A DNA stretch of 64,000 bases from a virus: IMG/VR virus record IMGVR_UViG_3300035034_002581, one strand, 5' to 3'. Made by a program: the position numbers and the translations under genes. Every line of letters begins with the position of its first letter. Position 1 is the first letter of the stretch. The notes under the pieces are model-generated. The model was not told the origin of the DNA. It saw only the letters and a list, made by a program, of their open reading frames with translations, and made no database searches. Below, piece by piece: positions 26,863 to 34,988 of the stretch.

Positions 26863-27846
26863 TCATTCTACCCACCCAACGTCAGTTTTCCATGCAGAAT
26901 ATTCTTCTCGAATGTCTTTCACTTCCTTGTCATAACCTTCCATTAGTTGGTCGAATCTAAAGTTCTCGGGCTTACCAAGTTCTGGGTCTGTTCCGTTAAC
27001 TTCATTTCTGTAGCAGTTGTAGATGAAGTCTTCTGGGTGCCAGTCAAACTTATCGGAGTCGGCATCGGGCCAGTACAGATTCGTAGCCTTTCCAGTACGA
27101 GCTGTTGCAATGTAGTGGCGAGAAGCTGCATGCGGATTGATGCATGATGTAATCTCTGGGAACAACTTAGCGACAGCAATAAACATCTGGTATGCCATCA
27201 CATTGTCTGTTGTAGGCTGAATCTGCTTATCAAAACGCTGACGAAGGAAGTTGAGCATATCCTTTAGGTTGCATCGGGCGTAGTAGTGTGTCTCAATAGC
27301 TCTAGGAAGGATTGTCCTTGCATCCATGATTGAAATCTTACGAGAATCAATCATATCACAGTACAACTCCTTTGCATCTTCAACGTGCTTCTTCCAACGC
27401 TCGTAGAGTTCTGGACTGTTCTGGACAGGACCTGGAACTAGCGCATTGCTATGTGACTGCCAACGATCTCCAGTACACTGAGCGCTGAATGAGAACGTTC
27501 TGTGTCTGATGAGATGGGTGACTGTCTGTAGATCGATGCCTTCAATGCGGAAGGTAAAGTCCAAAGTCTCCATAACAGTCGGAAGTGCTTTGTAATTGAG
27601 AGCGAGTTCGAGTGCTTCATGTCCCTTCCATGCTGGGACATCGTCCGGGTTGTGCATTCCTGGTGCGTCTTCCCATGTAGCATTGATAAACTGATAGACC
27701 ATTCGCCTGACACGCTCAGGATCAGGATAGTCGAGCAAAACTACATTTAAAGAGTCAAGATCGTTCTTGAACTCAGTTGTTGGCTTTTCGTCAAAGCGAA
27801 TCGCCATGGGAAATTCTACGGGCTTTAATTTTTTGTCTTGTGGCAT
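26863..27846 (-). CDS. divergent ThyX-like (flavin-dependent thymidylate synthase family) paralog
   Basis: FTFRIEGIDLQTVTHLIRHRTFSFSAQCTGDRW matches the ThyX core (FxFxI...sRa...Ql.RHRxxSfsqxSxRY). A Cys replaces the signature Ser and TGDRW replaces SQRY. It is 327 aa against 229 aa for the canonical ThyX at 32317. Confidence 0.5.
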   Translation of the reverse strand: MPQDKKLKPVEFPMAIRFDEKPTTEFKNDLDSLNVVLLDYPDPERVRRMVYQFINATWEDAPGMHNPDDVPAWKGHEALELALNYKALPTVMETLDFTFRIEGIDLQTVTHLIRHRTFSFSAQCTGDRWQSHSNALVPGPVQNSPELYERWKKHVEDAKELYCDMIDSRKISIMDARTILPRAIETHYYARCNLKDMLNFLRQRFDKQIQPTTDNVMAYQMFIAVAKLFPEITSCINPHAASRHYIATARTGKATNLYWPDADSDKFDWHPEDFIYNCYRNEVNGTDPELGKPENFRFDQLMEGYDKEVKDIREEYSAWKTDVGWVE

Positions 27847-27899
27847 CCTTTATTCCTCACTAAATATTACAACTTTTGACGTAAATGTTCAAACTATTT

Positions 27900-28070
27900 C
27901 TAGACATCATTCCAGTAGCTATCTGGCTCAGATGACGCTTGCTTAATTACCCTTAGCACCTTCGACCATTCGAAGAATAAGTAGTGTTCACAATTGTCAG
28001 CACCATGAAGATGCTTCTCGGATTGCCACACATTTATGGATTCTAGAGAGTCAATAATATTTTTGGTCAT
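27900..28070 (-). CDS. small hypothetical ORF (56 aa)
   Basis: Manual translation gives MTKNIIDSLESINVWQSEKHLHGADNCEHYLFFEWSKVLRVIKQASSEPDSYWNDV. It lies in an otherwise ORF-poor ~600-bp region. Confidence 0.2.
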   Translation of the reverse strand: MTKNIIDSLESINVWQSEKHLHGADNCEHYLFFEWSKVLRVIKQASSEPDSYWNDV

Positions 28071-28457
28071 TAATCGCTCAAAGCTTTAAGTTGATATGAG
28101 ATGATCTCTGGCTTGCCCTTTAGTTTAAATCGGAACCCTGTGCTCTTTACAATGACAATATCATAAAAGTCAGCTGAGTCTAGTTGGTCTTGGACGAGAC
28201 TGCTATAATCACTGCTAGTGTCTACAAATGAACCTAGGAGTTCACTGCATCAACGCCATTATCGTCTGTCCATGTTGAAATAGCAAGAAATCTCTGTGAA
28301 TTAGACTCAACGAGCTTGATCATTTCTTTATGACGTCCGCTTAGAATTTTGTCAGTCAAGTAGCCGTTTTTATACAAGGCCCTGACAAGAGGTGATGTAA
28401 ATTCTAAGACGAAGTCAATTGTTTTTTATATCTTTTTCTTTGTCGCTTACACATAGT

Positions 28458-29378
28458 TTAGTCCTTCTTTGTGAGTCTTTTAACAAAATTGTACAACCCA
28501 TCCGCTGTATCGTACATTGTCACATTTTCAACATTTTCTAGATCAGCATTAACTGATGTTCTGGGTGATAGTGTATGTACTCCGTGCTTTGCGTATTCTG
28601 TTGCATGCTTTGGTGAATCATCAATAGCACAAACAACCTTTTCGCTCTTGTAGTAATCAGTTCTTGCTAGCCACAAATATTTCTCAGGTGAGAAACTAAT
28701 TCGATGACATTTGATACCACTCTTTTCAAGCCAGGCGTAAGTGTCGTATTTGCATACAAGGAGATCGGCTGGTCGCGCTGTCAATAGATGGATCCAGTAT
28801 CCTTCGTCGTAGAGTTTGTTTATCGTTTCTACGATGCTAATGTTTGTTCTCATTGATTTGAGTCGTCTAGCCTCAATGAACTTCATGTACATTTCTTCTG
28901 TGATTGAGTAGTAAGCAGTTGAATCTTCATCAGGAACGAAGTCAGTATTTGCCTTAACCCATCGTGTGCATTCGTCTTTAAAGGGCGTCAAAACGTCATC
29001 AACATCAACGATGATAACGGGCTGCCCTTCCCACTTGACCTGCTCTTTATTAAAGCGCGTGTTTAGATGCAGATCACGTACACTGAAGGCGTCTTCAAAG
29101 TCATCGTGAGTAATCCCCCACGTGTTTAAGATAGCTAGAAGATACCTGAAGGCGTCGACAGATTCGTGTAAGATTTTGCTAAGCTCTGGACTTTCATCTT
29201 TTGCACGGTGGTGACGATAATTGACGCCATCTAAGATATCGCCAACTTCCTTTTGTAAAGAAGCAGAGAACTGCAACGTAAGTTTCTCTCTATCTTCTTG
29301 AGTTAGATTCTCGTGATCAATAAAGTTCTCGGAAAATCGCTTTTGCTTTAGTAGCATTTCTTTAAAAGTATCTTTCAT
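28458..29378 (-). CDS. MazG-like NTP pyrophosphohydrolase domain fused to HAD-superfamily phosphatase (5'-nucleotidase-like)
   Basis: The N-terminal ~110 aa parallel the standalone MazG-like ORF at 29422 (EVGDILDGV...ILHESVDAFRYLLAIL versus EEVFEALNHL...FLEEWVDAMNYFFSVL). The C-terminal half has PVIIVDVDDVLTP, HAD motif I (DxDx[TV]). Confidence 0.5.
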   Translation of the reverse strand: MKDTFKEMLLKQKRFSENFIDHENLTQEDREKLTLQFSASLQKEVGDILDGVNYRHHRAKDESPELSKILHESVDAFRYLLAILNTWGITHDDFEDAFSVRDLHLNTRFNKEQVKWEGQPVIIVDVDDVLTPFKDECTRWVKANTDFVPDEDSTAYYSITEEMYMKFIEARRLKSMRTNISIVETINKLYDEGYWIHLLTARPADLLVCKYDTYAWLEKSGIKCHRISFSPEKYLWLARTDYYKSEKVVCAIDDSPKHATEYAKHGVHTLSPRTSVNADLENVENVTMYDTADGLYNFVKRLTKKD

Positions 29379-29421
29379 GTAATCCTCTAGTAATTATTAC
29401 ACATTACTAGAGGATGTTCAA

Positions 29422-29838
29422 TTAATAGTCACTTCTAAGTCGCTCATGGATAACTCGATCCTTTTCTACATAGGACTCATATATTTCATGAGGTGTGAAT
29501 CCTGCAAGAATAAGCACAGAGAAGAAGTAATTCATAGCATCTACCCATTCTTCTAGAAACTTGTCACGATCAAAGTCAGGCATTTCTGTCTTGCGATGAG
29601 GTTTCCAGTTCTTTAGATGATTAAGTGCTTCAAAGACCTCTTCTACGCCACGTAGAGAGACGTCTCTTAAGTTCCTCTGTGACTCTTTTGACCTTAAGTC
29701 CAAAGGCCATTCAGACTGTGCTCCGGGTCGATTCCTACTTAAAGCATGCATAAACTCTTCACGAAGTCTAAACATCTCTTCAAACCTGTCAGGGACAGGA
29801 GGCACCGGCATTGGCGCATCTTCATCAAAGCGATCCAT
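29422..29838 (-). CDS. MazG-like all-alpha NTP pyrophosphohydrolase
   Basis: RGVEEVFEALNHL matches ExxExxEA. DKFLEEWVDAMNYF matches the EExxD(x)L second MazG motif. Confidence 0.5.
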   Translation of the reverse strand: MDRFDEDAPMPVPPVPDRFEEMFRLREEFMHALSRNRPGAQSEWPLDLRSKESQRNLRDVSLRGVEEVFEALNHLKNWKPHRKTEMPDFDRDKFLEEWVDAMNYFFSVLILAGFTPHEIYESYVEKDRVIHERLRSDY

Positions 29839-30080
29839 TATTCACTCTCGTTGTCTTCTGATAGCATCTTTGTCTGGTGGTCTTCGACTTCTTGCATCAT
29901 AGAGTTAATTTGCTTTTCAAAAAGCTCCCTATAATCTGCAGTAAGAGCAAGCTTACCATCTTCTGTCGGTTCAACTTCGATCATTCGAATATGATCAATG
30001 ATGTCTGTTCCCGACAAGATCGCGAGTTGCAATGTGTCTCTAAGTTGCCCAATTAGTTCGTCTGCGAAATGATACTTCAT
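29838..30080 (-). CDS. hypothetical protein
   Basis: 80-aa ORF. Its start overlaps the MazG-like stop in an ATGA coupling. Confidence 0.3.
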   Translation of the reverse strand: MKYHFADELIGQLRDTLQLAILSGTDIIDHIRMIEVEPTEDGKLALTADYRELFEKQINSMMQEVEDHQTKMLSEDNESE

Positions 30081-30123
30081 ACTATCTCCTATTTGACTAT
30101 CTTAATTCTTCTGTCTTATTTGT

Positions 30124-30954
30124 TTAAGTTTGAACTGACGGTACCCAATGGGTAGTTCGCTTATCTTTTGTTGTTTCTTTGATTACCTTGTTACCTTCGG
30201 GGTCTTCTTTCTTACCGTAAACTTTTAGCTTAAATTGGAAAGACCCTTCGTTTCCGTTAGGGCTCCTGTAGTTCTTTATAGTGGTTCCACGGTATTTGTA
30301 GCTTGATGACATTACATCACATATGATTTTGCATAAAAGCTCCCACTCCTTATCTGATACATCATAGACAGGACGATTAGGTGATATCTTTGACATATAC
30401 AGCACTTCTGCCTTTATATAATTTCCTACTCCTGCAAAATAACTCTGATTCATTAGTACTTCTGCAATTGTCTTCTTTGTTTGACGCAACTTAGCTTTTG
30501 TAATGAACTTTTTGCTTTGCAATACGCTTTGTCGCAAAGGATCCCAACCAAGACTGTCAAGTTTCTTTTGAAGAGCTTTGGATTCTGAAACATACTTTAG
30601 TGTTCCGAAATTTCGCATATCACAAAACACAAGCGTTGTATTATTGTCAAGTGTGAATCTAGCATGACCATGTTTTGGAAACTCCTCTCCGTCTTTTACA
30701 ATGGACCAGTTTCCTGTCATCCCAAGCGTATTAAAGATGTAAGGTGCATCTTCGAGGAGAAAGTAAATAAACTTACCCTTGGCACGAACAGCTTCAATCA
30801 TAGCTGGAAGAGAAGACTTAAGATCTTCATCACCAAAAGGCTTCTTTTCTCTTGAGTATCTTCCTGATGCGTATTGCACTTTCGTGATTGATCTTCCTTC
30901 TACAAATCGTGAGATTTGATCTACTACGATCGCAACTTCAGGGCCTTCTGGCAT
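30124..30954 (-). CDS. formamidopyrimidine/endonuclease VIII-family DNA glycosylase (Fpg/Nei)
   Basis: The N-terminus MPEGPEV is the hallmark Fpg/Nei motif, with Pro2 as nucleophile and Glu3. The size (276 aa) fits. Confidence 0.75.
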   Translation of the reverse strand: MPEGPEVAIVVDQISRFVEGRSITKVQYASGRYSREKKPFGDEDLKSSLPAMIEAVRAKGKFIYFLLEDAPYIFNTLGMTGNWSIVKDGEEFPKHGHARFTLDNNTTLVFCDMRNFGTLKYVSESKALQKKLDSLGWDPLRQSVLQSKKFITKAKLRQTKKTIAEVLMNQSYFAGVGNYIKAEVLYMSKISPNRPVYDVSDKEWELLCKIICDVMSSSYKYRGTTIKNYRSPNGNEGSFQFKLKVYGKKEDPEGNKVIKETTKDKRTTHWVPSVQT

Positions 30955-30956
30955 TA

Positions 30957-31223
30957 CTACTCCATCTCGTCGTCAAAGCAGTCCATTGTATTCATTGTAA
31001 AAATCGGACCTAGAGAAATTGAATGAATAGGTCCATCGTACCAATCTTCGTGATAGCCGAATGTCCAGTACTTACGTTTTACAAGCAGATGCAGTGTCAT
31101 GTTTTGCTTGTACTTAAAAAAGGGAACTTTAACATTGAGAAAACTAAAGGCTATAAATCCTGCTGTTTGATCAATTATGTGAATCCCTATTTCTGCTTTT
31201 AGCACTTTAAAGGACAGCAGCAT
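30957..31223 (-). CDS. hypothetical protein
   Basis: 88-aa ORF. Confidence 0.25.
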   Translation of the reverse strand: MLLSFKVLKAEIGIHIIDQTAGFIAFSFLNVKVPFFKYKQNMTLHLLVKRKYWTFGYHEDWYDGPIHSISLGPIFTMNTMDCFDDEME

Positions 31224-31587
31224 CTACAGCGTCTTTTTTGATAAGGTGTGAAACAATATCGACAACTACATCAACTTCAAATATTTCATCGACCCTATCA
31301 GCTAAAGGCTTAACTCTATCAGCTAAAGGCTTAACTCTTTCACGTACATCATTCTTTAGTGTCTCCGCAAAGTACGCACGATTAAATTCCTTTGAGTTGA
31401 TAGGCTCCTTGATATCGTGAACGATTCGGAACAGCTCATTGTGAAACTTATTAGATGGGTATATCTTGATGCTGCTCAACCTTTCTCTTAGTGTGTCTCT
31501 ACTAATATCTCTTGCAACGTACTGGTCGACGAGTTCCATTAGTGCATTAATTACTTCGTTATCTACTTTTTTACTCACTGTCTTCAT
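31207..31587 (-). CDS. hypothetical protein carrying an in-frame perfect 21-bp tandem duplication
   Basis: 126 aa. RVKPLADRVKPLADRV is encoded by 2 x ctatcagctaaaggcttaact at ~31295..31336. Confidence 0.35.
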   Translation of the reverse strand: MKTVSKKVDNEVINALMELVDQYVARDISRDTLRERLSSIKIYPSNKFHNELFRIVHDIKEPINSKEFNRAYFAETLKNDVRERVKPLADRVKPLADRVDEIFEVDVVVDIVSHLIKKDAVDAAVL

Positions 31588-31837
31588 CCATTAGCATTAC
31601 TGCCATTGCAGCGTAGTTGTGTAAGTCTATCAGCGTATCACGAAGGCTTTCGTCTTCAACAAGCGAGACACCATTTTTTGTGATAGCAGACATTCTACGA
31701 ATCTTATCACCCATCCTAACCAAGACACCGACAGGACCAAAGTCGGAAAATGCATCTCCGTAGTCCTTGTTCTTTCTTGAAAAGAGTGCAAATGCCTCGT
31801 CTTGGACAGCTCTTAGCTGCTTCTCTCTATCGTTCAT
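31571..31837 (-). CDS. hypothetical protein (possible small all-alpha NTP-PPase-like)
   Basis: 88 aa. EAFALFSRKNKDYGDAFSDFGPVGVLVRMGDKIRR. The similarity is weak. Confidence 0.3.
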   Translation of the reverse strand: MNDREKQLRAVQDEAFALFSRKNKDYGDAFSDFGPVGVLVRMGDKIRRMSAITKNGVSLVEDESLRDTLIDLHNYAAMAVMLMDEDSE

Positions 31838-31838
31838 G

Positions 31839-32311
31839 TCATTCCTCTTTTTGTATGCGGCGTCGCCAATTGACTACTAACGAACCGCTATTCTTTTTGT
31901 ACTGCGAAACGTGCCACTTACCCCACTTTCCTGGATACACCTTCCAGCCTTTTGGAGACTCAATGTCGATGGGTGCGAGTTTCTTAAAGTTAATGTCTGC
32001 ATCATTTGGCTTTCTTGTCGCACGAGAAGAAATAGTCACAATGCCTTGCCACTTAGTCTTAACTGTCGGTATGAAAAACTCTTCACAGTTAGCAAGCGGG
32101 TTATTAGTTACCAGCTTTTTCATATTTCGCTCGATGTATAAGTTCTTATCACACTGATTTCTTCTTCGTATCTATAGATTATGGTTCTATTGTGTGCATA
32201 ACATTTATAAAGCGCTCCTATAGATTCTGTCTTGACAAGTTGTAAAACTAAACAAAAGCCCAGAACTTCATCACATGAGTTTGCATATACTAACGTTCCA
32301 GGCTTAATCAT
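31839..32311 (-). CDS. two small hypothetical ORFs (94 and 63 aa)
   Basis: ORFs 31839..32123 and 32120..32311, packed between neighbouring genes. Confidence 0.25.
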
Positions 32312-32316
32312 TATTG

Positions 32317-33006
32317 TTATGTCCTATTTGCAAATGCCGCGACGGATACTGGCCACAATGTCAATGCAATTGTGTTTAGTGCCTCAGCAACTTTCTGAAT
32401 TTCCCACTGGGCACCTTCATGGGTTCTCAATCTAATAAAATGCATCAAGTTATGCAAATTTACTGTACCATAATATTCTGTATAAAGATTTTGAGGTAAT
32501 ACTCCTCTCGCTTGTTCGCGACAGACTCCTGCGTCAAGCAATTTTTCAAAAAGTGCAAGACTGTGTATATGATGCACGAGGACTGCTTCTGACGCTTTTG
32601 TTTTTATGTTATCGAGTGAAACAATGTCAGGGTCGATCAATTCATTTTCGTTCGATGCCTGTCTGTTAGATTTATGCTGTGTTCTAAACTCTTGTGGTTC
32701 ATAGAACCTCATGTTAATGTCAGTGTATCTTCTACTAATCTCGTTGTATGCCCATGTCCTATGACGATGATGCTGTGATCTAACGTAAAGTGGCACTGTA
32801 AATCTAAATGTTGCTGTGCAGTGCTCGAATGGTGACGTATGATTGTGCTTGGCAAGATAGTTGATAAGCTTTTCATCTTTACTGTCAACTTCTCCTTTTT
32901 GTCCACCAAAAGAAACTCGAGCAGCGTTAACAACGCTTAAGTCAGTGCCCATGTGACTAATAAGTTCTACTTCACCAATTCCGTCTTCGTATAGTTCAAT
33001 CTTCAT
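32317..33006 (-). CDS. thyX: flavin-dependent thymidylate synthase ThyX
   Basis: Canonical RHRTWAYNEISRRY gives RHR-x7-S. The N-terminus has VVNAARVSFG. The length is 229 aa. Confidence 0.85.
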   Translation of the reverse strand: MKIELYEDGIGEVELISHMGTDLSVVNAARVSFGGQKGEVDSKDEKLINYLAKHNHTSPFEHCTATFRFTVPLYVRSQHHRHRTWAYNEISRRYTDINMRFYEPQEFRTQHKSNRQASNENELIDPDIVSLDNIKTKASEAVLVHHIHSLALFEKLLDAGVCREQARGVLPQNLYTEYYGTVNLHNLMHFIRLRTHEGAQWEIQKVAEALNTIALTLWPVSVAAFANRT

Positions 33007-33791
33007 TAGAAATGTTCCTTGTATTCTGTTGCTGTTTCAATCTTGTAAAGCGTTGTGTAGTCAGCAGTCTTGTCACTTAGTCCCAAAACTTCTAATCCCT
33101 TCTTGGTTTTCTTTCCAAGATAGCCGTCAATCGATCCTACGTTCATTCCGCATCGATGTAACTGCGCTTGTAGTGCACGATTTCTTACTCTTAAGAAATC
33201 TCCGACACCAATATCTAGAGACGCACACATCGCAGCTTCTTTATACCCAAGGACGTCATAGGTTTTTGACCAGATTCCCATATAGTCAAAGTGCCAAGAT
33301 TCTGATTTTCCTTCCCAGGGCCCTTTGATAACTGGTCTCCAACCTAATGGAACAGCTAACTCCCACAATTTATCAAGTTGCTTGTCGGCTGGAACACCTG
33401 GAAACTTTAGCATGTCAACGTGTATATCAATCGCTCGCCCTGAATTGTGGAAAGAGAATCCGGGCTCGGCAACAAATACGTTTTTCATGGTCTTTGAGTC
33501 GTATTTGCTGGATGACCTGTCAGGCTTCCCTGCTTTGACCCATCTTATATAGCGATCACGAAGCTCTGCCTGTGTCTTGAATTCTCTAAGCCCATCCGTA
33601 ATCCTAAGATCTCCGCACTCTTTAAGTACTGCAGAATTTAAATTGACAAGTGCACTTTCAGCTTCAGCTACAAACCATCCTGTTTTAAGCTTAGAAAGCG
33701 ATGTTAACGAATGTCTAAGACTGTTTATTGGGTAAGACGATACCACAGATTTATGAATTCTAACTAATTCTATTCTCGGTGTGATTTTCAT
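33006..33791 (-). CDS. peptidase M15 (L-alanyl-D-glutamate/VanY-like) endolysin with peptidoglycan-binding domain
   Basis: SFHNSGRAIDIHVD matches the M15 SxHxxGxAxD zinc motif. The C-terminal segment IDGYLGKKTKKGLEVLGL is PG_binding_1-like. Confidence 0.7.
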   Translation of the reverse strand: MKITPRIELVRIHKSVVSSYPINSLRHSLTSLSKLKTGWFVAEAESALVNLNSAVLKECGDLRITDGLREFKTQAELRDRYIRWVKAGKPDRSSSKYDSKTMKNVFVAEPGFSFHNSGRAIDIHVDMLKFPGVPADKQLDKLWELAVPLGWRPVIKGPWEGKSESWHFDYMGIWSKTYDVLGYKEAAMCASLDIGVGDFLRVRNRALQAQLHRCGMNVGSIDGYLGKKTKKGLEVLGLSDKTADYTTLYKIETATEYKEHF

Positions 33792-34396
33792 TATTCAAAC
33801 CTTGTTTCTACTGTTACTGTTCGCGTCATCTTAGGTACTCTAATGAAGTTCGCGATACCTAGATTTTTTGTTTCTGTAGGTGACAAATACCAGTCTGCGT
33901 TTCCACGCTTGAACATTTCCTTGATAAAGAAGTCTTCAGGCTTCCCACAGTTTCTTGCCATGATCTTGAAGAGTCGTTCATTCAATCTTTTCATTTCTTC
34001 TGTAGAAGCTACAATGTCTGTGTGCTTTCCTCTAGAACCACCTGATATTTCGTGTATCATGACACGAGCATTCTTGTCAATGAATCGATAGCCATCTGTT
34101 CCCATTGATAGCAGAAATGATCCACATGACATAGCTTTACCCACAGCAATAGTGGCAACAGGCTTCTCAGCGTTTTGAATATCAGATATCATAGAGATCA
34201 AGCTATCAACATATCCACCATAAGAATCGATGACGATGGGAATAACAGGCTGACCTGATTCATGAGCCTTCGACATGAATTCACTAAATTTCTTTGCCGA
34301 CTCTTCGTCGAACTTTGAAACTCTCATGAGTAGGGGCACGCTTCTAAATTTACACTCTGTTATTTCGTTGCCGATAATCTGTGTTGTAACTCTCAT
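33791..34396 (-). CDS. clpP: ClpP-family serine protease
   Basis: ATIAVGKAMSCGSFLLSMGTDGYRFIDKNARVMIHEISGG covers the ClpP catalytic Ser region (G-x-A-x-S-M-G) and His region. Confidence 0.75.
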   Translation of the reverse strand: MRVTTQIIGNEITECKFRSVPLLMRVSKFDEESAKKFSEFMSKAHESGQPVIPIVIDSYGGYVDSLISMISDIQNAEKPVATIAVGKAMSCGSFLLSMGTDGYRFIDKNARVMIHEISGGSRGKHTDIVASTEEMKRLNERLFKIMARNCGKPEDFFIKEMFKRGNADWYLSPTETKNLGIANFIRVPKMTRTVTVETRFE

Positions 34397-34725
34397 TTTC
34401 CCTCCAAGAAATCTGATAAAACATTATACGGCAAGGCACCTACTTTTCTTCTTTTTTCTTCGCCTTTTTCAAAAACAATGATTGTAGGGAGGCCTGATAC
34501 CCTTGATGCCTGTGCAAGAGCGGGCTCATCCTCAGCGTTTATCTTAACGAATTTGTACTTTCCAGGTGGTAGTGCACTCTCAAGCTTTTCAATAGTTTTT
34601 GCAAGCGTCTTGCAAGGTCCACACCAGCTAGCCCAGAAGTCGACAATGACTGTCTCTTCCGCCTCTAAAACCTCTTTCTTAAAGTTATCATCATTAACTT
34701 CTATCACTTTTCTGTCTCCATTCAA
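34393..34725 (-). CDS. trxA: thioredoxin
   Basis: WASWCGPCK is the active site. The length is 110 aa. Confidence 0.85.
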   Translation of the reverse strand: MNGDRKVIEVNDDNFKKEVLEAEETVIVDFWASWCGPCKTLAKTIEKLESALPPGKYKFVKINAEDEPALAQASRVSGLPTIIVFEKGEEKRRKVGALPYNVLSDFLEGK

Positions 34726-34975
34726 ATGCTGTAACTGTTAGACCATTATCATCATCCGGACAGGACTTTACAAACAGTTTGCTCTTTTTAAATCTCTTTT
34801 TGACTTCAGCCTCAGTTTTGAATTGAAATGTTCTCAAAGAACCAATTGACCAAGGTATGTCGTAGTTTTCATTCAATGCAAATGTTCCATTACAATATCT
34901 GAAAACTACTTTATCGAGTTTGATTATCTCACAATTGGTCTCTTTGAGGATTCTTTTGAGTTTTCTAAGCTGCAT
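34694..34975 (-). CDS. hypothetical protein
   Basis: 93-aa ORF between thioredoxin and RNR. Confidence 0.3.
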   Translation of the reverse strand: MQLRKLKRILKETNCEIIKLDKVVFRYCNGTFALNENYDIPWSIGSLRTFQFKTEAEVKKRFKKSKLFVKSCPDDDNGLTVTAFEWRQKSDRS

Positions 34976-34988
34976 GTTTCACTCCATT

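Noticed and set aside
33791-34396. Calling ClpP the prohead maturation protease for the leader family
   Set aside because: It sits in the nucleotide-metabolism and lysis block rather than the morphogenesis module, and the head genes are outside this window. This could be right, but there is no positional or sequence evidence here.
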